From Acidobacteriota bacterium (lineage in GTDB: Bacteria; Acidobacteriota; Terriglobia; Terriglobales; Acidobacteriaceae): a stretch of DNA of 64,000 nucleotides. Of this stretch, positions 1 through 10,430 are shown piece by piece (the first letter of the stretch is position 1; every line of letters starts with the position of its first letter). The notes under the pieces are model-generated. The model ran no database searches and had not been told where the DNA came from. It saw nothing but the letters and a program-made list of their open reading frames with translations. The position numbers and the translations under genes are program-made. The stretch lies in contig QIAN01000055.1 of assembly GCA_003225005.1 (NCBI GenBank), positions 3,275-67,274 on the forward strand. The letters run 5' to 3'.

Positions 1-239
1 GCGAGACTCCAAGCATTCGAGCCGCTTCGGCCTGGATTTTCGAGGACGCTGCTGGGCATGAAACTCACGGGCACGAGAAGAGCAATGACGACAGAAGGAC
101 TCTGTATCTCGGTTCACAGCGATCTCGCTCAACAACTCTGGGGTGGTAGCGCGCAGACGCCGCGCGGCAATCGCATCTCTGAGTTGGCTAAAGCTTAGTC
201 GGGAGCAGCTAGACAAATCATCTAAAGGAGAAAATCGAA

Positions 240-437
240 ATGAAATCTTCCCAGATAGTCCCCTCTGTGCCGATCACAGCAGACCTCCAAAAGACGGAGG
301 ATGGCGGTGAATTGCAGGACCAAATTCGTTCGCGTGCCTATCAACTCTACGAGCAGCGTGGAAGAGATGATGGACACAGCTTGTACGATTGGTTGCAGGC
401 TGAGGCTGAATTATCCCAAGTCCAGAAGGCGGCCTAA
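240..437 (+). CDS. DUF2934-like small protein
   Basis: 65-aa ORF preceded by aaaggagaaaatcgaa. The segment IRSRAYQLYEQRGRDDGHSLYDWLQAE fits the RAY..YE.RG...G....DW..AE signature of DUF2934. Confidence 0.6.
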   Translation: MKSSQIVPSVPITADLQKTEDGGELQDQIRSRAYQLYEQRGRDDGHSLYDWLQAEAELSQVQKAA

Positions 438-786
438 GTAGTTCTTGCGAGCAGAGTGGAAGGAGGCGGGGCCGGGACTACACGTCAACAAGGTGAGACT
501 CATCCATCCCAAATCGTGTCCGAGTTCATGGAGCCTCTCCAGCCCGCGGGCCTTGGTCATCCGTGGCGGAAAGCCAATCCTCAGCTCTCAAGACGCTGCG
601 AAGATACAAAACGGATGGAAGGTCCGCCGGCTGTAAGATGGATCACTTGTGGGCGTGATCCGAGTCACGGTGAAATTGGGCTCTAGAGGAACTAATGAGT
701 AGAGAGGGACTACCCTCTGCATAGAGAAGATGGAGGGCGATCCAGTCGGCCTCTTGCCGAACAAACTGCTGCGGAGAAAAGATGAA

Positions 787-1845
787 ATGGCGACGAAGCG
801 AGCAACGGCAGTTTTTCTGTCTGTGGTGGCTGCTCTCGCTGTTTACCTCTGCTACCTGATAGCGAAACCATTCCTCAATGCCATAGTCGCTGCGATCGTA
901 ATCTCGATTGTGTTCTTCCCCCTCCACGCCTGGATGCGTCGTCTCATTCGTCGCCGCAACACGGCTGCGGCGCTGAGTACAGTCTTGGTACTGGTGGTCG
1001 TTATGGTTCCTGCTCTAGTGCTCGGTGTGGCAGTCAGCCGAGAACTCACAGAAACGTATCAATTGCTCACGAGAAAAGGTGTGGCCCAAGACGCTGCAAG
1101 TCCTTACTTGTCGCAACTGATTGAGCGTCCTCTTCGGGTGATCGGAGGCTATATGGATGTCTCCGGATTCGATGCACGAGCAACCTTGCTGCGCTCGCTG
1201 GAGCAAGCAAGCAGATATTTGCTGTCGCTGGGCGCAGCCGCGCTAAGCAACTTGTTTTCGTTCCTAGTCGATCTGGTCATCATTTTCCTCACTCTCTTTT
1301 TTCTCTTTCGTGAGGGGAATAAGATTCAGCTGCGAGCGGCTGCGCTATTGCCGTTAAGCACAGACCAGGTCGAAAGACTGTTCGCCACTATCAATAATAC
1401 GGTTGTTGCTAATGTGTATGGCGGCCTCGCGGTAGCGGCAGCACAAGGTTTTCTGACGGGACTAGCATTCTGGGTACTCAGCTTGCCTTCTCCCATCATG
1501 TGGGGATTGGTAACGGCTGTCGCCTCTCTTATTCCAGTGGTCGGCTCAGCGATGGTGTGGGCGCCGGCATGCATCGTCTTCGTGGTTGCAGGACATTGGG
1601 GAAAGGCACTCCTGCTTCTCGGCTGGGGAGCAGCGGTAGTTGGCCAGATCGATGCACTGGTCCGGCCGTACGTGATCAGCAAACAGGTCAAGGTTCACAC
1701 GCTGCTGCTGTTTTTTGCCCTGCTCGGCGGCGTAAAAGCTTTCGGCATAATGGGGCTGTTCATCGGACCGGTTGTCCTTTCCGTTACCACGGCCGTGCTC
1801 GGCATGCTGGAAGAAATGAACTCCTCCCCGCAGCCAAGCCAGTAG
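787..1845 (+). CDS. AI-2E family (PerM/UPF0118) transporter
   Basis: Track ORF 730..1845. The likely start is ATG 787 (MATKRATAVFLSVV), downstream of ggagaaaag. It has multiple TM helices and a family-typical core (NTVVANVYGGLAVAAAQG, LIPVVGSAMVWAP, GLFIGPVVL). Confidence 0.75.
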   Translation: MATKRATAVFLSVVAALAVYLCYLIAKPFLNAIVAAIVISIVFFPLHAWMRRLIRRRNTAAALSTVLVLVVVMVPALVLGVAVSRELTETYQLLTRKGVAQDAASPYLSQLIERPLRVIGGYMDVSGFDARATLLRSLEQASRYLLSLGAAALSNLFSFLVDLVIIFLTLFFLFREGNKIQLRAAALLPLSTDQVERLFATINNTVVANVYGGLAVAAAQGFLTGLAFWVLSLPSPIMWGLVTAVASLIPVVGSAMVWAPACIVFVVAGHWGKALLLLGWGAAVVGQIDALVRPYVISKQVKVHTLLLFFALLGGVKAFGIMGLFIGPVVLSVTTAVLGMLEEMNSSPQPSQ

Positions 1846-1949
1846 GGCGAGCCTCGTACGTCGAACCTAACAACTCGTAGCAAGTGAATCTAATGCACCG
1901 GAAATGCGCGGTCGAGCTAGTCAGCCCGGTATACCTTGCTGACCACCGA

Positions 1950-3230
1950 TCACTGCGGCAGCCCCACTTTGCGCACCAACTCAGCAAGCCGTGGGTCGGA
2001 ACGTATGGGGTCGAGCAAAAAATCAGTTTCCAAATTCGGTAACTGCGCATCCCGTTCCTGATAGGCGGTGTCAAGCCACCGGAGAGCCTTATCTTTGTCT
2101 CCTAAGTCGGCATAAAGCCCTGCAAGCTCGTATGCGGACTGGTAACCAGTCTTACGCTGCGTTTGCCGGACTCCAATGCCTTTGGTGAGGGCGCCCTTCC
2201 GACCTGCTGAACGATATCCTTGCTCTACAGCAGATGCGAAATCAGAAAAGTTTCGATCGTCGGAAAGCTTGCCATGCGCCTTCCATTCTTCAATTACTTG
2301 CGGGTACATGCGTTTCCCCCAATATGCTTTGGCTAAACAAGCATGCGCCTCGGCGAAGGTCGGATTCTCATCTACCACTTCTTGCAGGCGACAATGGCCT
2401 CGTCGTAATGTCGTGCGCTGAGGTGAACCTGTCCGACCGCTTGGCTGATAATCAGGGACTGCGGATCAAGCTGGTGAGCATGATTGACTTCGGCTATGGC
2501 TTCCTCTCCCCTGCCTGCAAACGAGGCAATATCCTGTGCGTACCACTGGTGTGCCGTGGCGTCGTTGGGATCAAGTTCGAACGCCTTCTTGTACTCAGCC
2601 TCTCCTCTTGCAAAATCCCAGCCGTACTCCATCTCGCTAGCGCCCAGAACGGCATGAGGATGAGCCAACGACGCGTCTAGCTCCAGCGCCCTGCGGGCAG
2701 CGGCATTCCCGTTCGGATAGTATTCGATGGGAGTGCCGCCATAGGCGGGCAATGTGCTGTAAGCATCGGCCAGCCCCACATATGCCAGAGCGTAGGCGGG
2801 GTCTTTGGCAATGGCTTGATTGAAATAGGAAATTGCTGTGACAATATCCGAAATCGTCCGTTTATTCCAGTAGTAACGGCCCTTCAAGTACAGCTCGTAG
2901 GCTTCTGGATTTTGTGTACCCTGCTTGGTGACCTGCCGTTTCTCTGAGCTACTGAGTTTGGAACGCAACTTTTCTGCGATGTCGCCCGCAATCTGCTACT
3001 GCAACGAGATGGTCTCCGCGCTCTTTCCGCTGTAGTGCTGTCCCCAGATTTCGGTGTTGTCCCGAACATCGGTAAGCTCCGCACTCACTTCCACGTTGTC
3101 CCCGTGCGGTGTCACGCGTCCGCTCACCAGCGCCAACACCCCGAGATCGTTGCCTGCCTTCTGATGTTACGGGGAAGCTGGGAGAGGGTCAACAATTGAC
3201 GAAGATGCTCGCTGATGACCTTACGAGTTC
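1950..3230 (-). pseudogene. TPR-repeat protein with TolB-like N-terminal module, decayed
   Basis: Track ORFs 1950..2378 and 2372..2968 are one TPR frame split by a frameshift near 2375. My upstream translation continues ..RVTPHGDNVEVSAELTDVRDNTEIWGQHYSGKSAETISLQ*QIAGDIAEKLRSKL, with an in-frame TAG at 2996-2998. There is a further frame break near 3155, and no N-terminus remains before the next gene at 3242. Confidence 0.7.
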
Positions 3231-3241
3231 TTTAATAGCTT

Positions 3242-4324
3242 TTATGCGAGAAACCGCTCCACTGCCTTCTCGTTCCAAGCTACGCCCGACCCTGTGATGC
3301 CTTTGACAATTGCCATCCCCTGCTCAAGCTCAAGTGGTTCGGCAAGCACCGAGTTCCACCAGTTGGCGTATTCGAGAAAATGCGCAGTTGGAGTTGCACA
3401 CATCAGTTGTGTGCTGATCTCGGGCCAAAGATGATTCGAAAGCGGAATGCTGTAAGCCTCTGCGAGGGACGCTGCCCGCATCCATCCAGTCACGCCACCG
3501 ATCTTCATTACGTCTGGCATCATGTAGTCCGAAGCCCCAGCCTCGATTGCCTGCTTCATATCGTGCGGTCCCCACCAGTTTTCGCCACACTGGATCGGGG
3601 TCTTGATCTCCCGTGCTACCAGCGCATGCCCTTGATAATCATGTGCCAAGACTGGCTCTTCCACCCAAGTGAGTCCTTCATCATCAAGCACTCGGAGCCG
3701 CCGCACTGCTTCCGGTGGCGTAAGCGATTGGTTGTAGTCCACCATGATCGCCATTTCACTGCGAATGGCCTTCCGCATTGCTCGCACCACTTCAAGGTCT
3801 TCCTCTACCCTTGCATAGCCGATTTTCGCTTTCACCCCTTTGAAGCCAAGTTTTGCGCGATGTTCGGCAACCCGCGCTGAACCTGCTACGCCGTCGTGCC
3901 CACCGCTCCGTAGGCAGGCATCGGCTTTTCCGTACTGCCAACCAGTCGCACGAGCGAAGTGTTGTGGCTTCGTGCTAAGGCGTCCCAAAGCGCCATGTCG
4001 ATGGCAGAAATTGCCATGGCAACAAGTCCTTGCTGACCGAGGAGCCGAAAACGCTTTCCAAGCCTGTCGGCGATCTCAGTCGGTGCCAGAGCCTCCCCCT
4101 TAACGAAGGGCTCCAGATTCTTGATGAGATCAGCGGTGGGTTTCAGGTCAGCAACGGCACGTGAAAATCATACTGTGTCCCACTGTGCCGTCCTCTGTGG
4201 TGACATCCGTCAAAACCAAAGCCGACTCTGAAATGGTGCCACTCGCCGTCTGATGCGATTGTTCCATCGGCACGCGCACGGCGCGGACGTGAAGTCCGCG
4301 AATCTTTGGGGCCGGATTCTTCAT
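3242..4324 (-). pseudogene. Enolase-superfamily (mandelate racemase/muconate lactonizing type) enzyme, two frameshifts
   Basis: AAGGAG plus ATG at 4324 gives MKNPAPKIRGLHVRAVRVPMEQSHQTASGTISESALVLTDVTTEDGTVGHSMIFT, an MR/MLE N-terminal domain. The frame breaks near 4158 and resumes as DLKPTADLIKNLEPFVKGEALAP...AISAIDMALWDALA. It breaks again near 3895. Track ORF 3242..3988 then carries the C-terminal barrel (KAKIGY, MVDYNQ, WVEEP, GENWW). Confidence 0.7.
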
Positions 4325-4360
4325 CCCGTATCTCCTTGTGACTCGTCGTCCTCAGAACTC

Positions 4361-5367
4361 TCACGGCTGCGATGTGAAGTTGAGAGTGCCGCCGCGACGG
4401 AGCAGTTCTTCAGCCTGAGTGACCATCGAAGTCACGATTGATTCAGCGGTTGGTCGATCTCTCAGGAGACCCACAGCCTCTCCGCAGACGACCGCTTCGG
4501 TTTGAAGATCGTGCTGAGCACGTGCCTGAGCATACTTTGCAGATAACGTGCCGAATGCGCTGAACGCCTCGCTTTCTCGGTTAGCCCATTCGTCGGTCAG
4601 CTTGTTCTTCAGGAAACGGAATGAGTATTCCTTCGGCCAAGGCACGCCGCGTAGCGCGTCGAGCACCTTGATCCGAATGGTCGAGTCGCCCCTCACAGCA
4701 ATGGCTTTGTCAGTGTGTGCCTTTGGAGTAAGTGCTTCTGCCGACGCCCAAAGACGACTGCCCACCACCACCCCGTCTGCACCGAGCATCAGGGCTGCTG
4801 CCAATCCCGTCCGTCCGCTATTCCTCCGGCAGCAAGCAACAGAGTTTCAGGAGAGTGTTCTTTCAGGTAATCAGCGGCTTCGGGGACGAACGGGAAAGTC
4901 GAGCGGGATGCCCCGTGTCCCCCTGCTTCAGTCCCTTGTACCACGACTGCGGCGGCACCAGCCTTCACAGCTACTTCGATCTGTGACAGGAATTGCACCT
5001 GACAAGTCAGGACAGCACGCGCTTCGGCAATCTCCGCTGCAAACGGACTGGGGTCGCCAAAGGAGAGAAACACACAAAATGGCGAGTAGTTCAGCGCCTT
5101 CGTCAGCATCTTTGGCGCACGCTCCAGAGCCCATGTGATGAATCCAACGCCGAATTTGCCAGATTTTGCCTGAGCAAGTTCAGTTTCTAAATCAGGCTCT
5201 CCACCTACCGTGTCCGCATAACCCCCGCCGACGATGCCCAGTCCGCCTGTGCGAGATACTGCGGCTGCGAGCGCCCCGCCAGTGACATACGCCATGGGCG
5301 CACAGATGATGGGATGCTGGATGCCGAATCGCTCTGTCAGACGTGTGCTAATCATCGCAAGTCGCAA
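4361..5367 (-). pseudogene. Nitronate monooxygenase (NMO/2-nitropropane dioxygenase family), one frameshift
   Basis: Track ORFs 4789..5367 (..HPIICAPMAYVTGGALAAAVS..GGLG..VVVQGTEAGGH..LLAAGGIADGR) and 4361..4804 (AAALMLGADGVVVGSRLW..) join if one G is restored in a GGG run near 4797. Confidence 0.7.
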
Positions 5368-5394
5368 AGCGCGCTCTAGGTTACGAGAAGTAAC

Positions 5395-5757
5395 CTAGCC
5401 CAGTTCAATCCGAACCGCCACATCGAATTTTAAGTAGTACTTCTTCACGTCCTTCGCCCCGTACTTCTCGCGGAATTCCTCGACCACGGGTTTGACCGTT
5501 GTGGCGTCAGTGACCGGGATAGCTCGGAATTCCGCCCCCACGCCCCGCGCATCAATCCGAATCGTAGGGTTCTTGAGCACGTTCTTGTACCACTGCGTCT
5601 CCGAGCCCTGCACTGGCAGCAGGTACAGCTTCTCGCCTTCCAGCACGAACCAGACGGGAATGGAGATCGTCTGCCCGGACTTCCTGCCGATGACGCTGAT
5701 CTTGATGTGGCGGTAGCGGGCGAGGCGGTCTTTGAGGCTGTCCTTTGGTGCTGGCAT
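5395..5757 (-). CDS. Split-barrel flavin/deazaflavin-binding family protein (DUF385/PNPOx-like)
   Basis: Intact 120-aa ORF. The segments ISVIGRKSGQTISIPVWFVLEGEKLYLLP and SETQWYKNVLKNP are typical of this fold family. Confidence 0.5.
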   Translation of the reverse strand: MPAPKDSLKDRLARYRHIKISVIGRKSGQTISIPVWFVLEGEKLYLLPVQGSETQWYKNVLKNPTIRIDARGVGAEFRAIPVTDATTVKPVVEEFREKYGAKDVKKYYLKFDVAVRIELG

Positions 5758-5994
5758 ATTGTGGCTCCTACCTTACACTCGATCTCGCCAATTCACGCCA
5801 GTAAGCAATTCATCTGCCGCAAGGTTCGGCCTATTGATAGGTGATCGAGAATAATGTTCCGAACCCAGAGATGAAAAACTACACGCACGGTATTGTGAAC
5901 TACTGGCAATAGAACCACTTAGCGTTGTGGCACCAACATGCCTCCTACTACCGCGGCATTCGCAAGCATTCGCACCGGAATATCGGAGATGAAT

Positions 5995-6216
5995 ATGGCT
6001 GACGGCATGCAAAGGGACTGGCGCGAACTTTGTGCTGCGGTGGCAAACGAGAGTGACACCACGAAGCTGAGTTCGCTGGTTCAAGAACTGATTGAGGCTT
6101 TGGATAAGGGCAAACGAGGCTGGCGTCGCACCGTTCGCCCTCCTGACGCAATCGACATGAACCGGGAATCCGCCTGCAAAGCAAGTCCGAAGCATTCTTC
6201 CGTTTTGGAGTGGTGA
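5995..6216 (+). CDS. Small hypothetical protein
   Basis: Track ORF 5938..6216. ATG 5995 follows GGAG by 7 nt (MADGMQRDWRELCAAVANESDTTKLSSLVQELIEALDKG). No family recognised. Confidence 0.35.
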   Translation: MADGMQRDWRELCAAVANESDTTKLSSLVQELIEALDKGKRGWRRTVRPPDAIDMNRESACKASPKHSSVLEW

Positions 6217-6299
6217 TTCCCCTTCGCCGCCACACCGGGCAACAGCCTAAGTCGGCGGTCTCGCATCTACTTATTAAAGCCCATTCAGGAGGTTTTCTA

Positions 6300-6577
6300 T
6301 GGCTGACGCTCCACGAATCACGGTTGACGAACTGATGAGTCGAATGGAAGCCGGAGAAGACTTCACGCTGATCGACGTTCGTAATCCTCAGGTGTGAGTT
6401 CCGAAAATTCTGACCGACTTCATTCCGGAAATTCTGGCACACCTGGCAACAGTGAAAAGAAATACAGTTTGGCGCGGAAACTTCAGCAACGCGGGTACGA
6501 AAATGTGTGGGCGCTTCAGGGCGGATTCCTGGCAGAATGCTGGATTGCCCCTCGCGCCAAAACAGCAGGCAGCCTAG
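6300..6577 (+). pseudogene. Rhodanese-domain protein, decayed
   Basis: MADAPRITVDELMSRMEAGEDFTLIDVRNPQV runs into TGA. A second frame carries ARKLQQRGYENVWALQGGF, and a third carries WQNAGLPLAPK then TAG at 6575-6577. The catalytic Cys loop is absent. Confidence 0.6.
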
Positions 6578-6845
6578 CGGGCTCCCACTTTTAATTCCTC
6601 ATCAGTGCGCGTACCAAGCTGCACAGGAGCGGAGCATTCCTCATCGTCGTTCACCACGGAATTGACCCGCCTGCTCACGGGATAGCTGCACATCAGCCGC
6701 GCATCGAACGGCTTCAACAATTCGGACGCTGCGGTGGCATCCCTCATGCCGGGGTCGAGCCACACGTCGTAGCCATCTGGATCGAGGATGACTGGCATGC
6801 GGTCGTGACGCCTGAGGTCACCGCATTTGGTGTCGCGGTGCGAGC
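6574..6845 (-). pseudogene. SOS-response-associated peptidase (SRAP/YedK, DUF159) 3' relic
   Basis: Only the last ~75 codons remain (..RHDRMPVILDPDGYDVWLDPG..LLKPFDARLMCSYPVSRRVNSVVNDDEEC). A stop lies directly upstream, and the N-terminal Cys2 domain is missing. Confidence 0.6.
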
Positions 6846-6972
6846 TCTATTCGGAATTCGTAACGGAAACACTTTTCCGATTGACAAGCTCCTACCGAGT
6901 TCCACGGCTCCGTAACTGTTATAACCAGGTCATAACGCTCAGAACCCCCGTCGTGAGATCGCAACCGTCTCT

Positions 6973-7581
6973 TTATGTGTGGTCACGGGCTGCTATACCG
7001 TAGAAGTTCCGTCGCAACAGCCAGACAAATCCATAAACAGCAAAGAACAGCACAAGGCCGAGCAGGATGGCTAGTTTTCCCTGGCCACGGCTGAGATTTC
7101 CGACCCGCTGTATCCAAGCATGTACAACGAAAATATGAATGGCAGACGACAGTAGCAACGACATCCAGAAGCCAATCTTTCGCCACCAGGGTCTGCTAAC
7201 GACTGCGACAAAAACCGATGCGAACATCACATGCACGGCAGCTTCCTGCCAATCGGGTTTCATGTGAAAGCGGTTGGGGAGTACAAGGTATATGAACGAA
7301 ATCAGGGCCATCGCTAGTATTGCCCAGAGCAGGTCAAGCCATGCACCTCGGTCTCTCCGGGTGCCGAATATTTTCCGGCGACGCTTCTTTGCTTCACGCT
7401 GCTCATTCCGCTTGACGAATTGCTGATGTTTAACTTGGTCGGACTCGGTGAGATTGCGCCGACGCAATTCGGCGTCTAAAGCGGCCGCAGCTTCTGTTGT
7501 CAATGAAGCCCGATCAGATGCCAACAGCAAAAGCTCATCATCACTCCGCTCGGAATATTCGGTGGAGAAGTCGTTAAGCAT
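6973..7581 (-). CDS. Hypothetical membrane protein
   Basis: 202-aa ORF. It has a soluble charged N-terminus followed by about 4 predicted TM helices. No family recognised. Confidence 0.5.
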   Translation of the reverse strand: MLNDFSTEYSERSDDELLLLASDRASLTTEAAAALDAELRRRNLTESDQVKHQQFVKRNEQREAKKRRRKIFGTRRDRGAWLDLLWAILAMALISFIYLVLPNRFHMKPDWQEAAVHVMFASVFVAVVSRPWWRKIGFWMSLLLSSAIHIFVVHAWIQRVGNLSRGQGKLAILLGLVLFFAVYGFVWLLRRNFYGIAARDHT

Positions 7582-7721
7582 CTTCGTTTCCTGATCTTAC
7601 GCGAAACCACACATCCTAGACCGACGCGATAACTGACGAAATCACACGTTCTGCTGGTCATTGAGCGTAATCGTTGTTACGCCAACCGATAATTTGCTCT
7701 GGGCGTCAATTGCTTATCCGA

Positions 7722-8000
7722 TCACAAGCCTCCTGGATATTTACCGAGAAAAATCATCAACACATCAATCGTGTCCTGGACTCCGTGGGCCACAATTGGA
7801 ACCGCGAGTTTCCGCCCTTGCGCCGTGACGCTTTCGCCTCCGACAATCACCCAATGAATGCCCTCGAAGTTGAGATTGCCCATGTCTTCTAGCAACGGTT
7901 CAATCGACAAGAACCGTACTGCCGCGTCTGCTGACCGAAGATGCTCGATGCGCGAGAGACCGTATTTCTTGTCTTCCACGCTCACTCCCCACCAGATGTG
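7722..8000 (-). pseudogene. Phage Gp37/Gp68 family (DUF5131) relic
   Basis: HIWWGVSVEDKKYGLSRIEHLRSADAAVRFLSIEPLLEDMGNLNFEGIHWVIVGGES matches the central DUF5131 core. The N-terminal third is absent and the C-terminus is diverged and short. Confidence 0.55.
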
Positions 8001-8478
8001 TCTCAGTCTTGCGTCTCCCCTTGCGCCTGTTGAGGCGGTTCCCGGAGCATTGCAATCCATTCGCTACGCGTGGCAATTGGTCACTGACAAACGAGCCCGC
8101 ACAACAGGAGTATCGGCAGACACAGCTAAGGCGGTGGCCGAAACGCTTGAATACGCAATTGATCTGCTAATTCGTGGGCGTTCCCCGCGCAAACCGGGCA
8201 GGCCTCCAGAATTGAAGCGGAAAACCGTGATTGCCTTTGTGCTCTCCCCATACACATCTTTGACGTGGCCAGAGATCGCTGACAGGCTGTTCGTCGTTAA
8301 TGGCGCATGCACGCGATGCGGGTTGCCCAAGCATGCATACCTTGCTGGCTCGCGTGAGGACTTCCAAACGCCTTGCGTGAATGTTCTCCTCACTGAGTAC
8401 AACCTCCTAAAAAGAGAGTTGACCAAGCAACAAATCCCTCTGCCGCAAATATCATCCGGGAGTATGAAAGAGAACTAG
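7996..8478 (+). CDS. Hypothetical protein (element cargo?)
   Basis: Downstream part of track ORF 7858..8478, starting from Met at 7996. No recognisable family, and its 5' part overlaps the DUF5131 relic on the other strand. Confidence 0.3.
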   Translation: MCLSLASPLAPVEAVPGALQSIRYAWQLVTDKRARTTGVSADTAKAVAETLEYAIDLLIRGRSPRKPGRPPELKRKTVIAFVLSPYTSLTWPEIADRLFVVNGACTRCGLPKHAYLAGSREDFQTPCVNVLLTEYNLLKRELTKQQIPLPQISSGSMKEN

Positions 8479-8620
8479 TCCAACAATTGCCGGAGTTTTT
8501 TGAGTAAAAATTCCCGCTTTGTTTTTCTTAAGGCATCCAGAATTGCCTGACTTAAAGAAACAGCGGATTTATTTGGCTAGACTCCCGCAGAGCCGGAGAT
8601 CGGTTGGGTGAGTCTCGGTG

Positions 8621-8823
8621 TCAGCTTTCCCGATTCCGCAATGCCTCTGCAACAATGGCGGGATCGAAGCGCAACTGGCGGCCCAGCCGGAAGAATTTGA
8701 GTTTGTTGTCGGCGATCCAGCGCCGCAGGGTGCTGCGGAGATGTGGAGGATGCTTCTTACTTCTTCAAAGGTTAGCAGGCGCTTGGATTCTTTCAGTAAA
8801 GCGTAAACATCGGTTGTTTGCAT
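8621..8823 (-). pseudogene. Excisionase/MerR-type helix-turn-helix protein, frameshifted
   Basis: The track ORF reads MQTTDVYALLKESKRLLTFEEVRSILHIS and then nonsense. Shifting one base gives TLRRWIADNKLKFFRLGRQLRFDPAIVAEALRNRES followed by a stop at 8621-8623. Confidence 0.6.
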
Positions 8824-8879
8824 GGTCGTGACTCCCGCTGACTAATACTGGCTTGTCAGCAGGAGTGACAACAGGACTT

Positions 8880-10108
8880 CTATACGTGCGCCGCAAGAGC
8901 CCCTGCACCGATCATGTGCTGTATGTGCTCCTGCGCAGGTGCCGTGGATTTCACGTCCAGATAGATTTCTGTCATCTGAAGGCTGCTGTGCCCCAACCAC
9001 TGGCTAATCGTGGCCAGCGGAACGCCTTTGCCACCAGCGTAATGTAATGTGGCTCCGGTTTTTCTGAACTTGTGAAGTTCCCATTTGCCCGGCAGATTAG
9101 CGCGTTTCACAATGGCTTGCAGCTTCCGCAGATAGTGCCCTCGACATTTCCTTCAACGTTCGAGAACAGCAGACCGCCCTCTCGCTGTCTTTTGCGCTCG
9201 ATGTATTCCTTTAGCCGAGCCATCAACGAAGCATGGATCGGAACGTAACGGTCACCCACATTGCCGTTGCGGTTGCGTTTTGATTTCAAGCGATAATTGC
9301 TATGCGGCTTGGGACAGATGTGGACGGTGTTACTGAAAAAGTTCAGATCACCAAGCTCGGTGTGTGCCACTTCCTGTTCGCGTCCCATTGACCACAAGAA
9401 AAATTTGTACAGCAACTCTTCGTCCAGCATGCACGAGGCCCACAGTGATTGCAGTTCCCGATCCGTGTGCGCCTTGATCTCTTTCTGTTTGTAGCCCAGC
9501 TTAGGCAGGATTTTCTTGGCGGGAACCGTAATGTCCAGACTCAGGGCGAAGGTGCCGAGTGTGGCAAAAATGTTGAACACGTAGCGGTCGCTAATCCCCT
9601 TCCCGTTTCGTTTGGTCTGCATGCGCAGCCAACCGACGAATTCCATCAGATGATCGTAATCTCCAAGCCTTAAGTCCGTGACCTGCTGCTCTGTGCAGAA
9701 ACGCAGATAAAAACTGAGGCGATTGCGGTAGGCGTTCACGGATTTCTTGGTCCGACCGTAGCCGTCATTTCCAACGAACGACATCATCTGCGAGAGGTAC
9801 TTCTCTATCCCAGCGGCGAGGTTCGATTCTGGCTTCGGCTCCGGTTCGGGCTCCGGGGGAAGTTCGACGCCCGTGGCACGGGCGTCAAGTTCCTTGCGCT
9901 TCTGAACGAGCTTCTGCTTCGCAGCGTCGGCAAAGCGGCCCACGGGCGGCATCTGGCGATGCTTGCCTTCGTAGTAAGCGAGGTAATAATTCCCCTCGCC
10001 CTCGGGCAGGTCTTTGAGGTTCTTGAGTTGATTGTCCGGGACGGGCTTGGTGCCCCAAGCGCCGGAAACACGTTTGACGCTGCGGTACAGCTTCACTGTT
10101 CGGTTCAT
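8880..10108 (-). pseudogene. Tyrosine recombinase/integrase, single frameshift
   Basis: Track ORFs 9107..10108 and 8880..9110 join as ..LLFSNVEGNVEG|HYLRKLQAIVKRANLPGKWELHKFRKTGATLHYAGG..LGHSSLQMTEIYLD (box II and catalytic Tyr). This requires restoring one C near 9112. The start lies 108 nt from the tRNA-Ser 3' end. Confidence 0.8.
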
Positions 10109-10216
10109 GGTCGCTAATACTCCCGATTTGCTGGAAATTCGAGAGTAGCGAAGCGGAATAGCGAAGTCTGATGGCTATTTGGGATTTTGCCCACATTTGG
10201 CGGGCTTCTGAAGAAC

Positions 10217-10306
10217 TGGCGGAGAGAGAGGGATTCGAACCCCCGATACCCGTAAAGGTATACACGCTTTCGAGGCGCGCGCCTTCAGCCACTCGGCCAT
10301 CTCTCC
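10217..10306 (-). tRNA. tRNA-Ser (anticodon CGA)
   Basis: The reverse complement folds as a type II tRNA: GGAGAGA/TCTCTCC acceptor, D arm GCC..GGC, and anticodon stem CGCGC/GCGTG. The anticodon loop is CT-CGA-AA, with a long variable arm and a T arm GGGGG-TTCGAAT-CCCTC. It ends in discriminator G and an encoded CCA. Confidence 0.9.
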
Positions 10307-10430
10307 GCGCCCACCAGTTTCATTTTTATTTTATCAGGGAGCTCTTGGCTTCGAATTTCCCGCCCATCTCACTGAACTGAGCCCGGCTCAACCTCCTCAC
10401 CCAAGCCAAGTATGCGGTTTGTAACCTGGT

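Larger units (their letters stand above)
7722..10216 (-). mobile_element. Degraded integrative element abutting the 3' end of tRNA-Ser (left limit uncertain)
   Basis: In order outward from the tRNA 3' end: integrase (frameshifted), excisionase-like HTH (frameshifted), an orphan ORF, and a phage Gp37/Gp68-family relic. No left-hand att repeat was found by eye. Confidence 0.45.

Noticed and set aside
1-198. A frame open from position 1 to TAG at 196-198, which could be the 3' end of a gene entering from the left.
   Set aside because: Only 65 codons, with no recognisable motif and no way to see the start. An open frame of this length is not significant at this GC content.
5773-6442. 140-aa and 164-aa minus-strand ORFs between the split-barrel gene and the rhodanese relic.
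   Set aside because: They have Cys/Arg-rich nonsense-like composition, overlap the better-supported small plus-strand ORF and the rhodanese relic, and carry no motif.
1-8880. Search by eye for a direct-repeat copy of the tRNA-Ser 3' end (tggcggagag..gattcgaacc) that would mark the far end of the island.
   Set aside because: None was found. Only unrelated short ttcgaa matches occur, for example near 2575 and 3425. The island limit therefore remains undefined and I make no claim about it.
9820-9860. Short periodic sequence ggcttcggctccggttcgggctccgg, considered as a possible repeat array.
   Set aside because: It simply encodes the PEPEPEPKPE linker of integrase 1 on the minus strand. No CRISPR-like repeat-spacer structure exists anywhere in the window.
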